A stretch of 64,000 nt of DNA, taken from an uncultured Chloroflexia bacterium. Its GTDB lineage: Bacteria > Chloroflexota > Limnocylindria > Limnocylindrales > CSP1-4. Shown here piece after piece: positions 1 through 9,669 of this stretch. The notes under the pieces were generated by a model. It saw nothing but the letters and a program-made list of their open reading frames with translations, did not search any database and was not told where the DNA came from. Each line of letters begins with the position of its first letter. The stretch's first letter is position 1. A program made the translations under genes and the position numbers. The stretch lies in contig CAWHDR010000001.1 in the NCBI GenBank assembly GCA_963828165.1, positions 864,001 to 928,000 of the forward strand, written 5' to 3'.

Positions 1-388
1 GGACGTTGAGGGACGTGCCCTCGCCGGTCGTGTCCTCGCCGGCGAAGAACCGCTGTTGGGCCGGGTCGACGAGGATCACGAACGCGCGAGCGAACGCGAA
101 GTACGCCGGGAAGCCCTCCTCGATCGGCAGCGTCGAGTTGGCCGTCTTGACCTCTTCGAGGGTCCCGATCGGCAGCTTGCCGCCGAAACCGCTGGCGAGG
201 TTCGGCCAGATGAACCCGAGCGTGCCCGCGCTGATCTCGAGCAGCCAGAGGGCGACGCCCGCTCCCAGCGAGCGGCGGATGAGCTGGCGGCGGGACAGGC
301 CCTGGACCTGCTGGTGGCGCAGCGACTTGAGCGCCTCCGAGGTCAGGGCGGCGGGCTTGTCGACGGCTTCGACGTGGTAGTTGCTCAT
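1..388 (-). CDS. Rieske iron-sulfur subunit of Rieske/cytb complex, N-terminal part (runs off window)
   Basis: Manual translation MSNYHVEAV...GLSRRQLIRRSLGAGVALWLLEISAGTLGFIWP: twin-arginine signal/anchor directly downstream of cytochrome b subunits. The Rieske CxH motifs lie outside the window. Confidence 0.75.
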   Translation of the reverse strand, partial: MSNYHVEAVDKPAALTSEALKSLRHQQVQGLSRRQLIRRSLGAGVALWLLEISAGTLGFIWPNLASGFGGKLPIGTLEEVKTANSTLPIEEGFPAYFAFARAFVILVDPAQQRFFAGEDTTGEGTSLNV

Positions 389-408
389 GCGCGCTCAGCG
401 ATCCTCGG

Positions 409-1011
409 TCACAGGGAGAAGTACATGCCGGGGGCGGTCACGTACGGGATGACGAAGGTGTAGCCCGGCCCTCGGAAGAAGATCCCGACGAACGTCAGGA
501 CCAGGCCCAGGATGCAGAAGAGCGTGAACAGGATCACGGCCGTCTTCCGCTGCGACGGGCGGGTCACCAGGATGTTGCCGCGATCGATGTACGGGATGAA
601 CCCGGCACCAACGAGCACGAAGGTGGGCACCAGCACCCCGGCGACCGTTGGATGGAAGTAGGCCAGCAGTTCCTGGAGACCCAGGAAATACCACGGAGCC
701 TTCGCGACGGCCGGCGTGACATTGCCGTTGGCCAGCTCCTCGAGCGGGGCGTTGATGAACAGGCCCATCAGCAGCAGGAAGATGCTCATGACGCCGGCGG
801 CGAGGAACTCGATCGACAGCAGATGCGGCCAGGTCATGACCGTGTCGTCCGGTTCCTTCTGGACGCGGACGACGGCGTCCTGCTTGACCAGTGCCAGCAA
901 CCGATACGGCCGCGCCGACATCGGCACGCGCTGCTTGTCGATCTCCGTCCGCCGGGTGGGGTCGACCGGAAGGACGACGCGCTTGTCGGGCGGGGACTTC
1001 ACATCAGACAT
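409..1011 (-). CDS. petD: cytochrome b C-terminal subunit (subunit IV/PetD-like)
   Basis: WPHLL...TPAVAKAPWYFLGLQELL (Qo-site PEWY equivalent); three hydrophobic helices; follows cytochrome b6. Confidence 0.85.
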   Translation of the reverse strand: MSDVKSPPDKRVVLPVDPTRRTEIDKQRVPMSARPYRLLALVKQDAVVRVQKEPDDTVMTWPHLLSIEFLAAGVMSIFLLLMGLFINAPLEELANGNVTPAVAKAPWYFLGLQELLAYFHPTVAGVLVPTFVLVGAGFIPYIDRGNILVTRPSQRKTAVILFTLFCILGLVLTFVGIFFRGPGYTFVIPYVTAPGMYFSL

Positions 1012-1042
1012 GACACGAAACCCTCGGGGCCGATAGGGCCGT

Positions 1043-1130
1043 CAGATGCAAGGCGGAGCTGAGCACCGGAGCGAGCGCACTCGAGGTGCGTGAGCGAGGA
1101 GCGCAGGCGACAACGACGCAGATGGCGGTC
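1043..1130. repeat. imperfect palindromic REP/MITE-like intergenic element
   Basis: CAGATG at 1043 and 1119 flank a central CGCAC-TCGAG-GTGCG hairpin; lies between petB stop and petD start. Confidence 0.4.
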
Positions 1131-1857
1131 ATAGCGGCCCCGAGATCCCTCCGTCCTTTCTGATACGCCAGAAATGGACGGCCAGGAAGATGGCTGCAAC
1201 GAGTGGCAAGACCATGATGTGGAGCACGTAGAAGCGGAGGAGCGTGTTCTGGCCGACCTCCACGCCACCGAGCAGGATGCGCGACACCGGCGTGTTGAAC
1301 AGTGGCGCGTAGCCGCCCATGTTCGTGCCGATCGTGATGGCCCAGTAAGCGATCTGGTCCCACGGCAGCAGGTAGCCGGTGAAGCTCAACATGATGGTCA
1401 GGAAGAGCAGCACCACCCCGACCACCCAGTTGAACTCGCGCGGTGGCTTGTAGGCGCCGTGATAGAAGACCCGCATCATGTGCAGGAACACGAAGAAGAC
1501 CATCAGGTGGGCGCCCCACCGGTGGATGTTGCGGGTCAACAGGCCGAACGTGACCTGGCTCTGGATGTCGAGGATGTTCGTGTACGCGAGCGTCGCGCTC
1601 GGCACGTAGAAGAACATCAGGTACACGCCGGTGATGGTCAGCACCAGGAACAGGAAGAACGACAGTCCGCCCAGGCAGAACGTGTAGGCGAACTTGACCG
1701 CGTGCTGCCGAACGCGCACCGGGTGGATGTGCAGGAACACGTTGTTCATGACCGCGTACGCGCGCGACCGCTCGTCCCGCGGGTACGGCTGCCGGAACAG
1801 CGAGCGCCAGGCCCCGCTGCGGCGGATGGTGTGGTCCATCCGCTCGAGGAAACTCAC
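1129..1857 (-). CDS. petB: cytochrome b6-type N-terminal subunit
   Basis: FCLGG (heme ci CxGG motif), RNIHRWGAH..HMMRVF, FTGYLLPWDQIAYWA, RFYVLH..HF heme ligands. Confidence 0.92.
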   Translation of the reverse strand: MSFLERMDHTIRRSGAWRSLFRQPYPRDERSRAYAVMNNVFLHIHPVRVRQHAVKFAYTFCLGGLSFFLFLVLTITGVYLMFFYVPSATLAYTNILDIQSQVTFGLLTRNIHRWGAHLMVFFVFLHMMRVFYHGAYKPPREFNWVVGVVLLFLTIMLSFTGYLLPWDQIAYWAITIGTNMGGYAPLFNTPVSRILLGGVEVGQNTLLRFYVLHIMVLPLVAAIFLAVHFWRIRKDGGISGPL

Positions 1858-3689
1858 CGGGCTCCTCCTGCGACGCCGGGCGTGCCGGCGAGTTGCGCGT
1901 CACGGTAGGACTCCTTGTAGAGCCGACCGTCTGTCGAGATCTCCTGCAGTTCGAACCGCTCCATCGTAATGGCGTCGAACGGGCAACGCTTGACACACAG
2001 GGCGCAGCGGATGCAGCGCTCCTCGTCCAGGATCATCGCGCCGCCATTCTCCCAGCCGTATGCCTCCTCGAGCTCGGGCAGGAGACCCTCCGACTTGAGC
2101 GTGTTGATGTCCACCATGTGGATGACGCCCTCGGGGCAGACGTCGGCACAGGCGCCGCACAGCACGCAGCGGAACGGGTCGAACCAGATGTTGTAGTTGC
2201 ACATCAGGCAGCGCGTCGATTCGGCGACGGCGCCGTTCGCGTCGTAGCCAAGCTCGACCGGGGTGTTGAAGTTGACGACCGGGTCGGTCGACGGCATGCG
2301 CACGTCGAGCGAGACCATCGGGATGTGCTGGCGCGGGAGCACGTCGTAGAACTCGGGCATGTCGTGGCGCCAGGAGCTCGTGACCTTGACGTTGGCCGCG
2401 ACCGACACGTCGGTCCGTCCGGCGAGATAGCGATCGATGGCGTAGGCCGCCTTCTTGCCATGGCCGGCCGCCTCGATGAGCGTCGTCGGTCCGGTCACGA
2501 AGTCGCCGCAGGCGAACACCCCCTTGACGTTCGACGCGTAGGTCGCGGGGTCTACCTTGACCCGGCCGCGATTGATCTCGAAGCGCGCCTCGACCGGCAG
2601 GAAGGTCAGGTCGGCGGCCTGCGACACCGCCGGGATGACGGTCTGGGCCGGGACGATGAATTCGGATCCCTCGATCGGCACCGGCGAGCGGCGGCCCGAC
2701 GCATCCGGCTCGCCGAGGCGGTTGCGGATGAACTTGACGGCGCTGACCTTGCCGTCCTCGCCGAGGATCTCGATGGGGCTCGCGAGGAACTCCATCCGGA
2801 CGCCCTCGCGCTCGGTCTCGCCCAGCTCCTCCTCGTCGACCACGAGCTCGGAGCGGGTCCGGCGATAGGCGATCGTGACGTTCTCCGCACCATGACGAAG
2901 GCTCGTGCGCGAGCAGTCCATGGCCGTATACCCGCCGCCGATCACGACGACGTCATTGCCGACCTCGAGCGGCTGCCCCAGGTTCGCCTTCTTCATGAAG
3001 TCGACGCCGTAGTCGACGCCCTCGAGCTCCGCGCCCGGGATGTCGAGCGCGACCGCGTCCATGGCGCCGGCCGTGATCGCGATGGCGTCGTACTCGGCCT
3101 GGAGCTGCTCGAACGTGATGTCCTTGCCGATCGTCGTGTCGTACACGAACGTCACGCCGAGGCGTTCGACGAGTCGGACGTCCATCTCGATCGCCTCGCG
3201 CGGCAGGCGGAAGGCCGGCACGCCGATGAGCATCGTCCCGCCGCCGTAGGGCAGGCTGTCGAAGACCGTGCACTGGTAGCCCTTCATCGCGAGCTCGCGC
3301 GCGACTGCGATCCCGGCCGGACCGGCGCCGACGATGGCGACGCGTTCGGCGCGGGGTGCGATCTGGGGCATGACGTCGGGGATGCCGGATGCCTCGTGCC
3401 ATTCCACGAGGAAGCGCTTCATCGCGCGGATGGCCAGCGGACGGTCGATGTCGCCGCGCCGGCAGGCTCGCTCGCACGGAGCCGAGCAGACATAGGAGCA
3501 CATCGCCGCGACCGGGTTCGGCTCGCGCGACAGGATGTAGCCCTCCTCGAACCGCCCTTCGGCAGCGAGGTTCAGGTAGCCGCGGCAGTTGGTCCCGACC
3601 GGACACGCTTCCTGGCACTCGATGTTGCATTGCAACCAGGAGGCGTCGACAGGCTGGACGAGGAATTCCTGGGCGGGGTCGATGGCCAA
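1854..3689 (-). CDS. GltD/NfnB/SudA-like FAD-dependent NAD(P)H oxidoreductase with C-terminal 2x[4Fe-4S] ferredoxin domain
   Basis: CQEACP and CSYVCSAPCERAC N-terminal clusters; GAGPAG; GGGYTAMD..YRR; RCLMC; CVLCGACADVCP and CIRCALCVKRCP. TTG start at 3689 with GGGAAAGG upstream; stop overlaps petB start. Confidence 0.9.
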   Translation of the reverse strand: MAIDPAQEFLVQPVDASWLQCNIECQEACPVGTNCRGYLNLAAEGRFEEGYILSREPNPVAAMCSYVCSAPCERACRRGDIDRPLAIRAMKRFLVEWHEASGIPDVMPQIAPRAERVAIVGAGPAGIAVARELAMKGYQCTVFDSLPYGGGTMLIGVPAFRLPREAIEMDVRLVERLGVTFVYDTTIGKDITFEQLQAEYDAIAITAGAMDAVALDIPGAELEGVDYGVDFMKKANLGQPLEVGNDVVVIGGGYTAMDCSRTSLRHGAENVTIAYRRTRSELVVDEEELGETEREGVRMEFLASPIEILGEDGKVSAVKFIRNRLGEPDASGRRSPVPIEGSEFIVPAQTVIPAVSQAADLTFLPVEARFEINRGRVKVDPATYASNVKGVFACGDFVTGPTTLIEAAGHGKKAAYAIDRYLAGRTDVSVAANVKVTSSWRHDMPEFYDVLPRQHIPMVSLDVRMPSTDPVVNFNTPVELGYDANGAVAESTRCLMCNYNIWFDPFRCVLCGACADVCPEGVIHMVDINTLKSEGLLPELEEAYGWENGGAMILDEERCIRCALCVKRCPFDAITMERFELQEISTDGRLYKESYRDAQLAGTPGVAGGAR

Positions 3690-3940
3690 GCGGGGACGTG
3701 CCTTTCCCTGGTTTGGTCGGAATGAAGGCGTCAGCGGCGGATCGGCCGTTCGCCGACCTCGCCAATCTACCATCCGCCTCGTGCGGGCTGCAAAGCACCC
3801 GGGTTTCCGGACCGACCCTGCGGCGTCGGATCGGCAGGTTCGGGTACGGTTGACGCTGGCTGCCCTCGCAGCTACGCTGCCCTGCGGAAAGCCGCGTGCG
3901 CTCGAGCACTCGAGAGCGACCGGAGGGAGATGCGGGGACC

Positions 3941-5620
3941 GTGACCGCAAGCGAGTTCGTGTTCCTGGCGCTTGGACTGGTCCTGGGCGTTGCCGCCGGC
4001 GCGGCGCTGGTCGAGATCCTGCGCGCCCGACCCCACGCTTCGCGTGAAGTCCGGGTCACGGTCGCCCCGGACTCGGTTCCGAGACGTCGATCCTCCACCC
4101 TCGCCGACGACGCATTCGCCGGGATCCAGCCCTCCGAACCGGCTCGCGGCGGCCCCGCGGACCGGCGCGGCGATGCCGTCAGCGTGGGCCCTGGGCGCAC
4201 GGAACGTCGAACACCTGTTCGCTCAGACGTGGCGGCCGCCTCAGCCGCGACCGACGGTGTCGGCGAGGGCCGAGTCGCGCCGATGCCAGCACCACGTCCC
4301 CTGCCGATCTCCGGTGGAGCCGACCCGACCCTGACTGCCATCCGCGCGACGGCGATGAGCGCGGCGGCCGCCCAGGGGCGGCAGACCACCACGGCGCTTC
4401 TTGACGCGCCGACCGGCAGCGCCGACGACGCGGCCTCCTCCGCGCCGTCGGCGCCGTCGGCGCCGTCCGTCCCCGCGCCACCGGACGCCAGCCCGAGCGC
4501 AAACGGTCCATGTGCCGAGCCGCGCCGGCTCGCGGACGAACGGTGTGAGCTCGCAATCCGCGCGCGTCAGCAGGCCGGTGTCGCCGACGAGATCCACCGC
4601 TCAGCGCAACGCGCTTACGACCAGCATGAGGCCGCGGCCGAGGCGGCCGCGGCGGCCGCGGACCCGCGCGCGGTGCGGCGGGCGAAGGACGATGCCCAAG
4701 CGCGGTTCCGGAATGGACGAGCAGGCGCGATGACCAGCGAATCCGTGGAGGCGGCCGCACGGGCGTGGCTGCTGGAGATCAACGCGATCAACGGGGACGC
4801 CCGCGAGGCAACGGCGACCCTGAACCGCGAGCGCGAGGCGGCGGCCGCCATCGCCCTGAACCTGGAGCGGCTCGCCGTCGAGGCCGATGCGGCCCGGATC
4901 GCCGCCGAAACGGCCGAATCCGTCTGTCTCACGGCGCGTGAAACGCTGGCCGCGTGCGAGGAGGCCGAGGCCGCCGGCGTGAAGGGCCATCTGCCGGCCG
5001 TCCCATCGCAGGGGCCCTCAGACGGCGGGTCGGTCGACGACGAACCGCTTGCGGCGGCACTCCATGGAGGGAGCGACCCCCGCATCTTCCGGCTGCTGCG
5101 CGGAGACCGAACCTCGTTGACCGAGGTCGTGACGGCGTTGGGCGGCGAGAGCCCCGACGAGCGCCGTCACTGGCAGGCCGCCATCGTGGACCTCATCGAT
5201 GCGATCCTCGCTGACAGCATCGCCGCGGGATCGCTGGAGTTCCCGATCGACCACCCGTTCTGGGGCACGTTCACGCTCGAGCAGGACCGCGAGATCGCCG
5301 CGGCGCTGTCCTCGCTCGGCTTCAAGTTCGACGGGTTCGGCGGATGGGTCGATGACCGGGTCCCGTCGCAACGGGACCTGTCGCTGTCGCTGGGCTACGC
5401 GGGCCTGGACCCGATGCGGATCCGCCAGTGGCCGACGGAAGTCGAGATGACCGAGCTCGTCAAGGACGTTCGGGTCGCGGCTGCCGAGCACCTGGTCGGG
5501 TCGGCAGCCGACCTGACGCTCGGTGAGCTCGTGACCATGCTCGGCCGGCGGGCCGACGGTCTCGCCGAGGTCTGGAACCACTGGGGCCGGATCCGGCCGC
5601 TGCTCCTCGACGAGTCCTAG
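3941..5620 (+). CDS. hypothetical membrane-anchored coiled-coil protein
   Basis: GTG after GGAGGGAG; N-terminal TM helix, Ala/Glu/Arg-rich helical middle, globular C-terminus. Confidence 0.7.
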   Translation: MTASEFVFLALGLVLGVAAGAALVEILRARPHASREVRVTVAPDSVPRRRSSTLADDAFAGIQPSEPARGGPADRRGDAVSVGPGRTERRTPVRSDVAAASAATDGVGEGRVAPMPAPRPLPISGGADPTLTAIRATAMSAAAAQGRQTTTALLDAPTGSADDAASSAPSAPSAPSVPAPPDASPSANGPCAEPRRLADERCELAIRARQQAGVADEIHRSAQRAYDQHEAAAEAAAAAADPRAVRRAKDDAQARFRNGRAGAMTSESVEAAARAWLLEINAINGDAREATATLNREREAAAAIALNLERLAVEADAARIAAETAESVCLTARETLAACEEAEAAGVKGHLPAVPSQGPSDGGSVDDEPLAAALHGGSDPRIFRLLRGDRTSLTEVVTALGGESPDERRHWQAAIVDLIDAILADSIAAGSLEFPIDHPFWGTFTLEQDREIAAALSSLGFKFDGFGGWVDDRVPSQRDLSLSLGYAGLDPMRIRQWPTEVEMTELVKDVRVAAAEHLVGSAADLTLGELVTMLGRRADGLAEVWNHWGRIRPLLLDES

Positions 5621-6393
5621 GCGCTCGCCAGGGGTCGGCCCCGGACGCGCGACACGATGAGCTCAGGCACGGTCGGCGCCTCCCCGTCGACCGCCCTGGC
5701 GGGGAAATCGAAGACCCCGATGAACAGCTGCAGCGGGTAATCCGGCGCCTGCCCCAGCTGCCGGACCACGCGGCCGTCGATCGTGAACGCCACCGAACCC
5801 GGGCGCCAGTCGACCCCGTACGTATGAAACGCGGCGACGTCCACGTCGAACCGCTCGGCGGCCCACTCCTCGCGCAGAGCGGGGTCCCGGAACTGATGGA
5901 CGCCCATGCCGACTTCGACCGAGCCGTCCCGCACGGACGCGCCGAAGATCTCGGCCACGCAGATCTCGCCGGAGCGCTCGGGGCGGTCCTCGATCCCGCT
6001 CATCCAGAACGCCACCATCGAGCGGCTCGTCACGACGCCTCGCATCCGGACCTCGATCTGACCGTACAGCGGTGTGTAGCCCCACATCGGCGGCTGCTCT
6101 TCACGGACCAGCAGCCCCGTGCGGAACGGCAGCGGCCCGATGGCCGAGCCGGCCGGACCGGACCAGTTCGCGCTCTGGATGCATGAGACCCGCAGCGGCT
6201 CCTCGTGCAGGTCGGCGCACCAGAGCGGCTGATCGGCCGGGATCGACAGGTGCAGCTCGCCACCGCGAACGGCGTAGGAAGCGACTGCCTCGGCGCGCGA
6301 GCTCCAATGCGGGAGGTAGTACGGGGACCACACCCCGAGGTCGAGGTCGTCACCCGGGAAACGCTCGTCGAGATCGGCGCGGTCGGCAGGCAC
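5617..6393 (-). CDS. glycoside hydrolase family 16-like protein
   Basis: YGQIEVRM, AFWM, GEICVAEIFG, FHTYGVDW..VAFTIDG. Confidence 0.8.
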   Translation of the reverse strand: MPADRADLDERFPGDDLDLGVWSPYYLPHWSSRAEAVASYAVRGGELHLSIPADQPLWCADLHEEPLRVSCIQSANWSGPAGSAIGPLPFRTGLLVREEQPPMWGYTPLYGQIEVRMRGVVTSRSMVAFWMSGIEDRPERSGEICVAEIFGASVRDGSVEVGMGVHQFRDPALREEWAAERFDVDVAAFHTYGVDWRPGSVAFTIDGRVVRQLGQAPDYPLQLFIGVFDFPARAVDGEAPTVPELIVSRVRGRPLASA

Positions 6394-6399
6394 GCCTGA

Positions 6400-7191
6400 C
6401 TACTCCGGTTCGGCCGCCGGGTCGGTGTCCGCCTGGACGCTCGGGCCCTCGTCCTCGTCGTCGTCGATGACGATCGCGCGCAGGGATTCGGCGGCCACGA
6501 CGCCGATCGCCGCGCCTTCCTCCGCCGCCCAGGCGCGAACGCGTTTCTCCAACCCTTCGGGATCGCGGATCTGGCTGCGGTGCTCGGCCAGCGCAGCGAG
6601 CTTGCGATCGAGTGTCGTGCCGATATCGACCCACGCGTTGGCATGGTTCGACCAGAACAGGTACAGCCGGCGCACGACGTGCGCGGCCAGACCCGATCGT
6701 GCCAACGAGGGGAAGGCCATCGGGTTGCGTGCGGCCGGGTAGACGGCGTCGACGGCCGCCAGACCGGCCGCCCGGTGGTCCGTGTGGTTGACGCCACCAT
6801 CGCCGTGGAACAACGTCTCGGGATCGGTGGCGAGCACGGCATCGGGGCGGAACGTGCGGATCTCCCGGACCAGGAGCTCGCGGAGGGCGAGGTCGTTGGC
6901 GAGGGCGCCATCGGGCTGGTGCAGGAAGCTGACGCCCGCATACCCGGTCACGGCGGCCGCGGATCGTTGCTCGATCTCGCGGAGCGCGGCAAGCTCGAGC
7001 GGATCGGCGTCCGGATCCTCGCCACCCTGGTCGCCGCTCGTGCAGCACACCAGCCAGCCCACCGACCCCTCGTCGATCCAGCGAGCGGCTGTGCCGGACG
7101 GCCCGAACTCGGCGTCGTCGGGATGCGCGGCGATGAGCATGAACCGGGACGGGCGCCAGACATGGTCGGTGCGGGGCTCGGGCGTGGTCAC
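6400..7191 (-). CDS. PIG-L/LmbE family deacetylase
   Basis: AHPDDAE, TSGDQG, NHTDH, HRSQ motifs. Confidence 0.9.
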   Translation of the reverse strand: MTTPEPRTDHVWRPSRFMLIAAHPDDAEFGPSGTAARWIDEGSVGWLVCCTSGDQGGEDPDADPLELAALREIEQRSAAAVTGYAGVSFLHQPDGALANDLALRELLVREIRTFRPDAVLATDPETLFHGDGGVNHTDHRAAGLAAVDAVYPAARNPMAFPSLARSGLAAHVVRRLYLFWSNHANAWVDIGTTLDRKLAALAEHRSQIRDPEGLEKRVRAWAAEEGAAIGVVAAESLRAIVIDDDEDEGPSVQADTDPAAEPE

Positions 7192-7265
7192 GGCGGGCAG
7201 CGGCCCGTCGCCACGGCGTGAGATTCGCGTTGCGATGGCCTGACCCTCGGCGTACTGTTCCAGCC

Positions 7266-7301
7266 GAGGCTTCGCTCGTCTCCCCCCACGAGCGAAGCCT
7301 C
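7266..7301. terminator. perfect 14-bp stem-loop between bcp and PIG-L gene
   Basis: GAGGCTTCGCTCGT / ACGAGCGAAGCCTC with 8-nt loop; no U-tail. Confidence 0.5.
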
Positions 7302-7327
7302 ACGTCGCGCTTCGGGGGGTCGCCGGG

Positions 7328-7810
7328 TCATGCCGCCGGTGTCTGGAGCTCGTCGAGCGCGGTGAGGACCTGGGCGGCGTGGCCTTCTGCCTTGACCTTC
7401 GGCCAGACGCGCGCGATCCGGCCCTCGGGATCGATCAGGAACGTGGCGCGGGCCGTTCCCCAGTACGTCTTCCCATAGTTGTGCTTCTCGACCCACGTGC
7501 CGTACGTGTCCGCGACCGCATGGTCCTCGTCCGCGAGCAACGTGAACGGAAGCCCGAACTTCTCGCTGAACGCGCGCTTGCTGGCCACGCCCTGGGGGCT
7601 GACGCCCCACACGTCGGCGCCGCGCTCAGCGATGGTCTCGTTCGCGTCGCGAAACTCGCAGGCCTCGATGGTGCAGCCCGTCGTGTCGTCCGTCGGGTAG
7701 AAGTACAGGATGGTCCAACGTCCGCGCTGATCCGCGAGCTCATGGATGGTGCCCGTGGCATCGGGCAGGGCGAACGACGGGGCCGCGTCGCCGACCTTTG
7801 GCTGCTCCAT
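7328..7810 (-). CDS. bcp: thioredoxin-dependent thiol peroxidase (Bcp/PrxQ)
   Basis: LYFYP..TTGCTIEACEFRD, RATFLID. Confidence 0.93.
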   Translation of the reverse strand: MEQPKVGDAAPSFALPDATGTIHELADQRGRWTILYFYPTDDTTGCTIEACEFRDANETIAERGADVWGVSPQGVASKRAFSEKFGLPFTLLADEDHAVADTYGTWVEKHNYGKTYWGTARATFLIDPEGRIARVWPKVKAEGHAAQVLTALDELQTPAA

Positions 7811-7812
7811 GT

Positions 7813-8493
7813 TCAGAGCGTAGCAGGGGTCTCGATGACGAGGAGCTGGCCGCGACGCAGGTCGACGGCGGCGTCGGGCGAGTCGCGGACGTTCGAGAGG
7901 CCGCGCGTCCGGCCCGCCAGGAGCGGCTCGTCATCCAGGCGGTAGGCGAGGCCGTGCGTGGTGATCCCGACCGCATCGGCACCGAGCGGCAAGAGCGACA
8001 CGAGATCGCCGACGCGACCGGCCAGATCGAGGCGCGCGGGCCCGCCGTCGGGACCCGGTGCGAGCAACCGCCGGACGCGGGCGTCGACGGCCAGGAGGTG
8101 CACGCCGAGGGGCTCGAGCTCGGGCATCGACAGCAGCCCCAGGTTGGCCAGCGCGTGATCTACGCGCGGCCCTCCGAGCGCGCCGAGCACGGTGAGCTGG
8201 GATGCGCCCATCGCGCGCGCGGCGAGCACCGCAAGCTCAGTGTCGGATTCGTCCTTGTCCGGCCGCGCACGCTCGACCGGCACGCCGGCCGCTGCAAGGG
8301 CTTCGATGCCGGGCTCGCCGAGCGAGTCCCCATCTCCGACCCAGCGGTCGATGGAGAGCCCGAGTGGCTCGGCATGACGCGCGCCACCGTCCGCCGCGAC
8401 GACTCGCGCCCCGGGCTCCAGCCAGCCCGGCCACGCCGCGTCGAGGGCGGCTCGCGGTCCCACCTGCCCATCGGCAAGGACGATCACCTGCAT
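7813..8493 (-). CDS. thiN: thiamine diphosphokinase
   Basis: AADGGA, GDGDS, DKDESDTELA, GGPRVDHALAN, GLSN. Confidence 0.92.
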   Translation of the reverse strand: MQVIVLADGQVGPRAALDAAWPGWLEPGARVVAADGGARHAEPLGLSIDRWVGDGDSLGEPGIEALAAAGVPVERARPDKDESDTELAVLAARAMGASQLTVLGALGGPRVDHALANLGLLSMPELEPLGVHLLAVDARVRRLLAPGPDGGPARLDLAGRVGDLVSLLPLGADAVGITTHGLAYRLDDEPLLAGRTRGLSNVRDSPDAAVDLRRGQLLVIETPATL

Positions 8494-8542
8494 GGCCAGA
8501 TGCTAACGGCCGGCGGCCCACCAGCCGATGTAGACTCCGGCC

Positions 8543-9082
8543 GTGCCCGACGCGATCGACCACCCGGCTGTTCGCCGCGTCCTTGACGCGGCCGGTCGCA
8601 AGGGCGTGACGCTCGACGTCGTCGCCTTCGACGAGTCGACGCACACCGCCCAGGAGGCCGCGGCGGCCGTTGGCGCGGACCTCGGCCAGATCGTCAAGTC
8701 GCTGGTGTTCGTCGCTCCTCACGAGGACGGGACGCAGGAGCCGATCGTCTGCCTGGTCTCTGGCCGCAACCGCGTCGATGTCGCGCGCCTGGCCGCCGTC
8801 ACCGCGGAGCAGGAGATCCGCCGCGCCACGGCACGCGAAGCCTACGAGCTGACCGGCTTCAGCATCGGTGGCATCCCGCCGATCGGCTTCGAAGGATCGG
8901 TCCGGGTGATCATGGATCCGGACCTTGGCCGATACCAGACCGTCTGGGCCGCCGCCGGCCTTCCGACCGCCGTGTTCGAGGTGCCACCGGCGACGCTGCG
9001 AACCCTTGCGAATGCCACGGTGGCGCCGATCACCGAGATCCAGCGCGCCGCCGACGCCGCGCCGGCGCCGTCCGGAGCGTGA
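8543..9082 (+). CDS. YbaK/EbsC (ProX-like) aminoacyl-tRNA deacylase family protein
   Basis: THTAQEAA, IVKSLVF, TGFSIGGIPPIG, WAAAG. Confidence 0.9.
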   Translation: MPDAIDHPAVRRVLDAAGRKGVTLDVVAFDESTHTAQEAAAAVGADLGQIVKSLVFVAPHEDGTQEPIVCLVSGRNRVDVARLAAVTAEQEIRRATAREAYELTGFSIGGIPPIGFEGSVRVIMDPDLGRYQTVWAAAGLPTAVFEVPPATLRTLANATVAPITEIQRAADAAPAPSGA

Positions 9083-9669
9083 CGGGCCCGACGCGAACGG
9101 TGGCCGAGCCGCGAAACGCGACCGTCACCTATCCCGGTGGCTTGCGCGCCCGGTGGCGGTGGGGGGGCAGCGGCCAGGGGGCGGCGGTCTTCGCGCTCAG
9201 CGAGGCGGGTGGGACGCTCGTCGACCTCGGCCCGCGGGTCAGCGCGGACCCCGATGCCCTGTGCCGGGCCGAGCTTCGGCTCGAAGGGCCGCGCGGGGCA
9301 TGGACGGCGCGCTTCGCCTCGACGATCCACGACGAACCTCGCGGGCTGTACTGGGACACGGCCGGGCTCCTGGTCGTGGCCTACGGCTTCCACACGTTCG
9401 GGCTGGATGCGGCCGCGGGCGACGCACGCTGGGACCACCGTTCGGCGACCCCGATCGTGGCCCTCCTCGGCTCGCCCCGCCTGGCCCACGTGATCGTCCA
9501 GGCCGAGATCGAGACGTTCGCCGTGGAAGCCGACGGCGAGGTCGCCTGGCGCGTCGCCCACAGCGACGTCGTCACCGCGGCGGAGCTCATCGGCGGGCGG
9601 CTGGTGCTGACCGGTTTCGACGGCCAGCTCAACGCCCTGGATCCCGTTACCGGCCGGTCGGCGAACTGA
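9079..9669 (+). CDS. hypothetical protein (beta-propeller/PQQ-like repeats)
   Basis: GTGA overlap with ybaK; LDAAAGDARW, DGEVAW, LDPVTG repeats. Confidence 0.65.
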   Translation: MTGPTRTVAEPRNATVTYPGGLRARWRWGGSGQGAAVFALSEAGGTLVDLGPRVSADPDALCRAELRLEGPRGAWTARFASTIHDEPRGLYWDTAGLLVVAYGFHTFGLDAAAGDARWDHRSATPIVALLGSPRLAHVIVQAEIETFAVEADGEVAWRVAHSDVVTAAELIGGRLVLTGFDGQLNALDPVTGRSAN

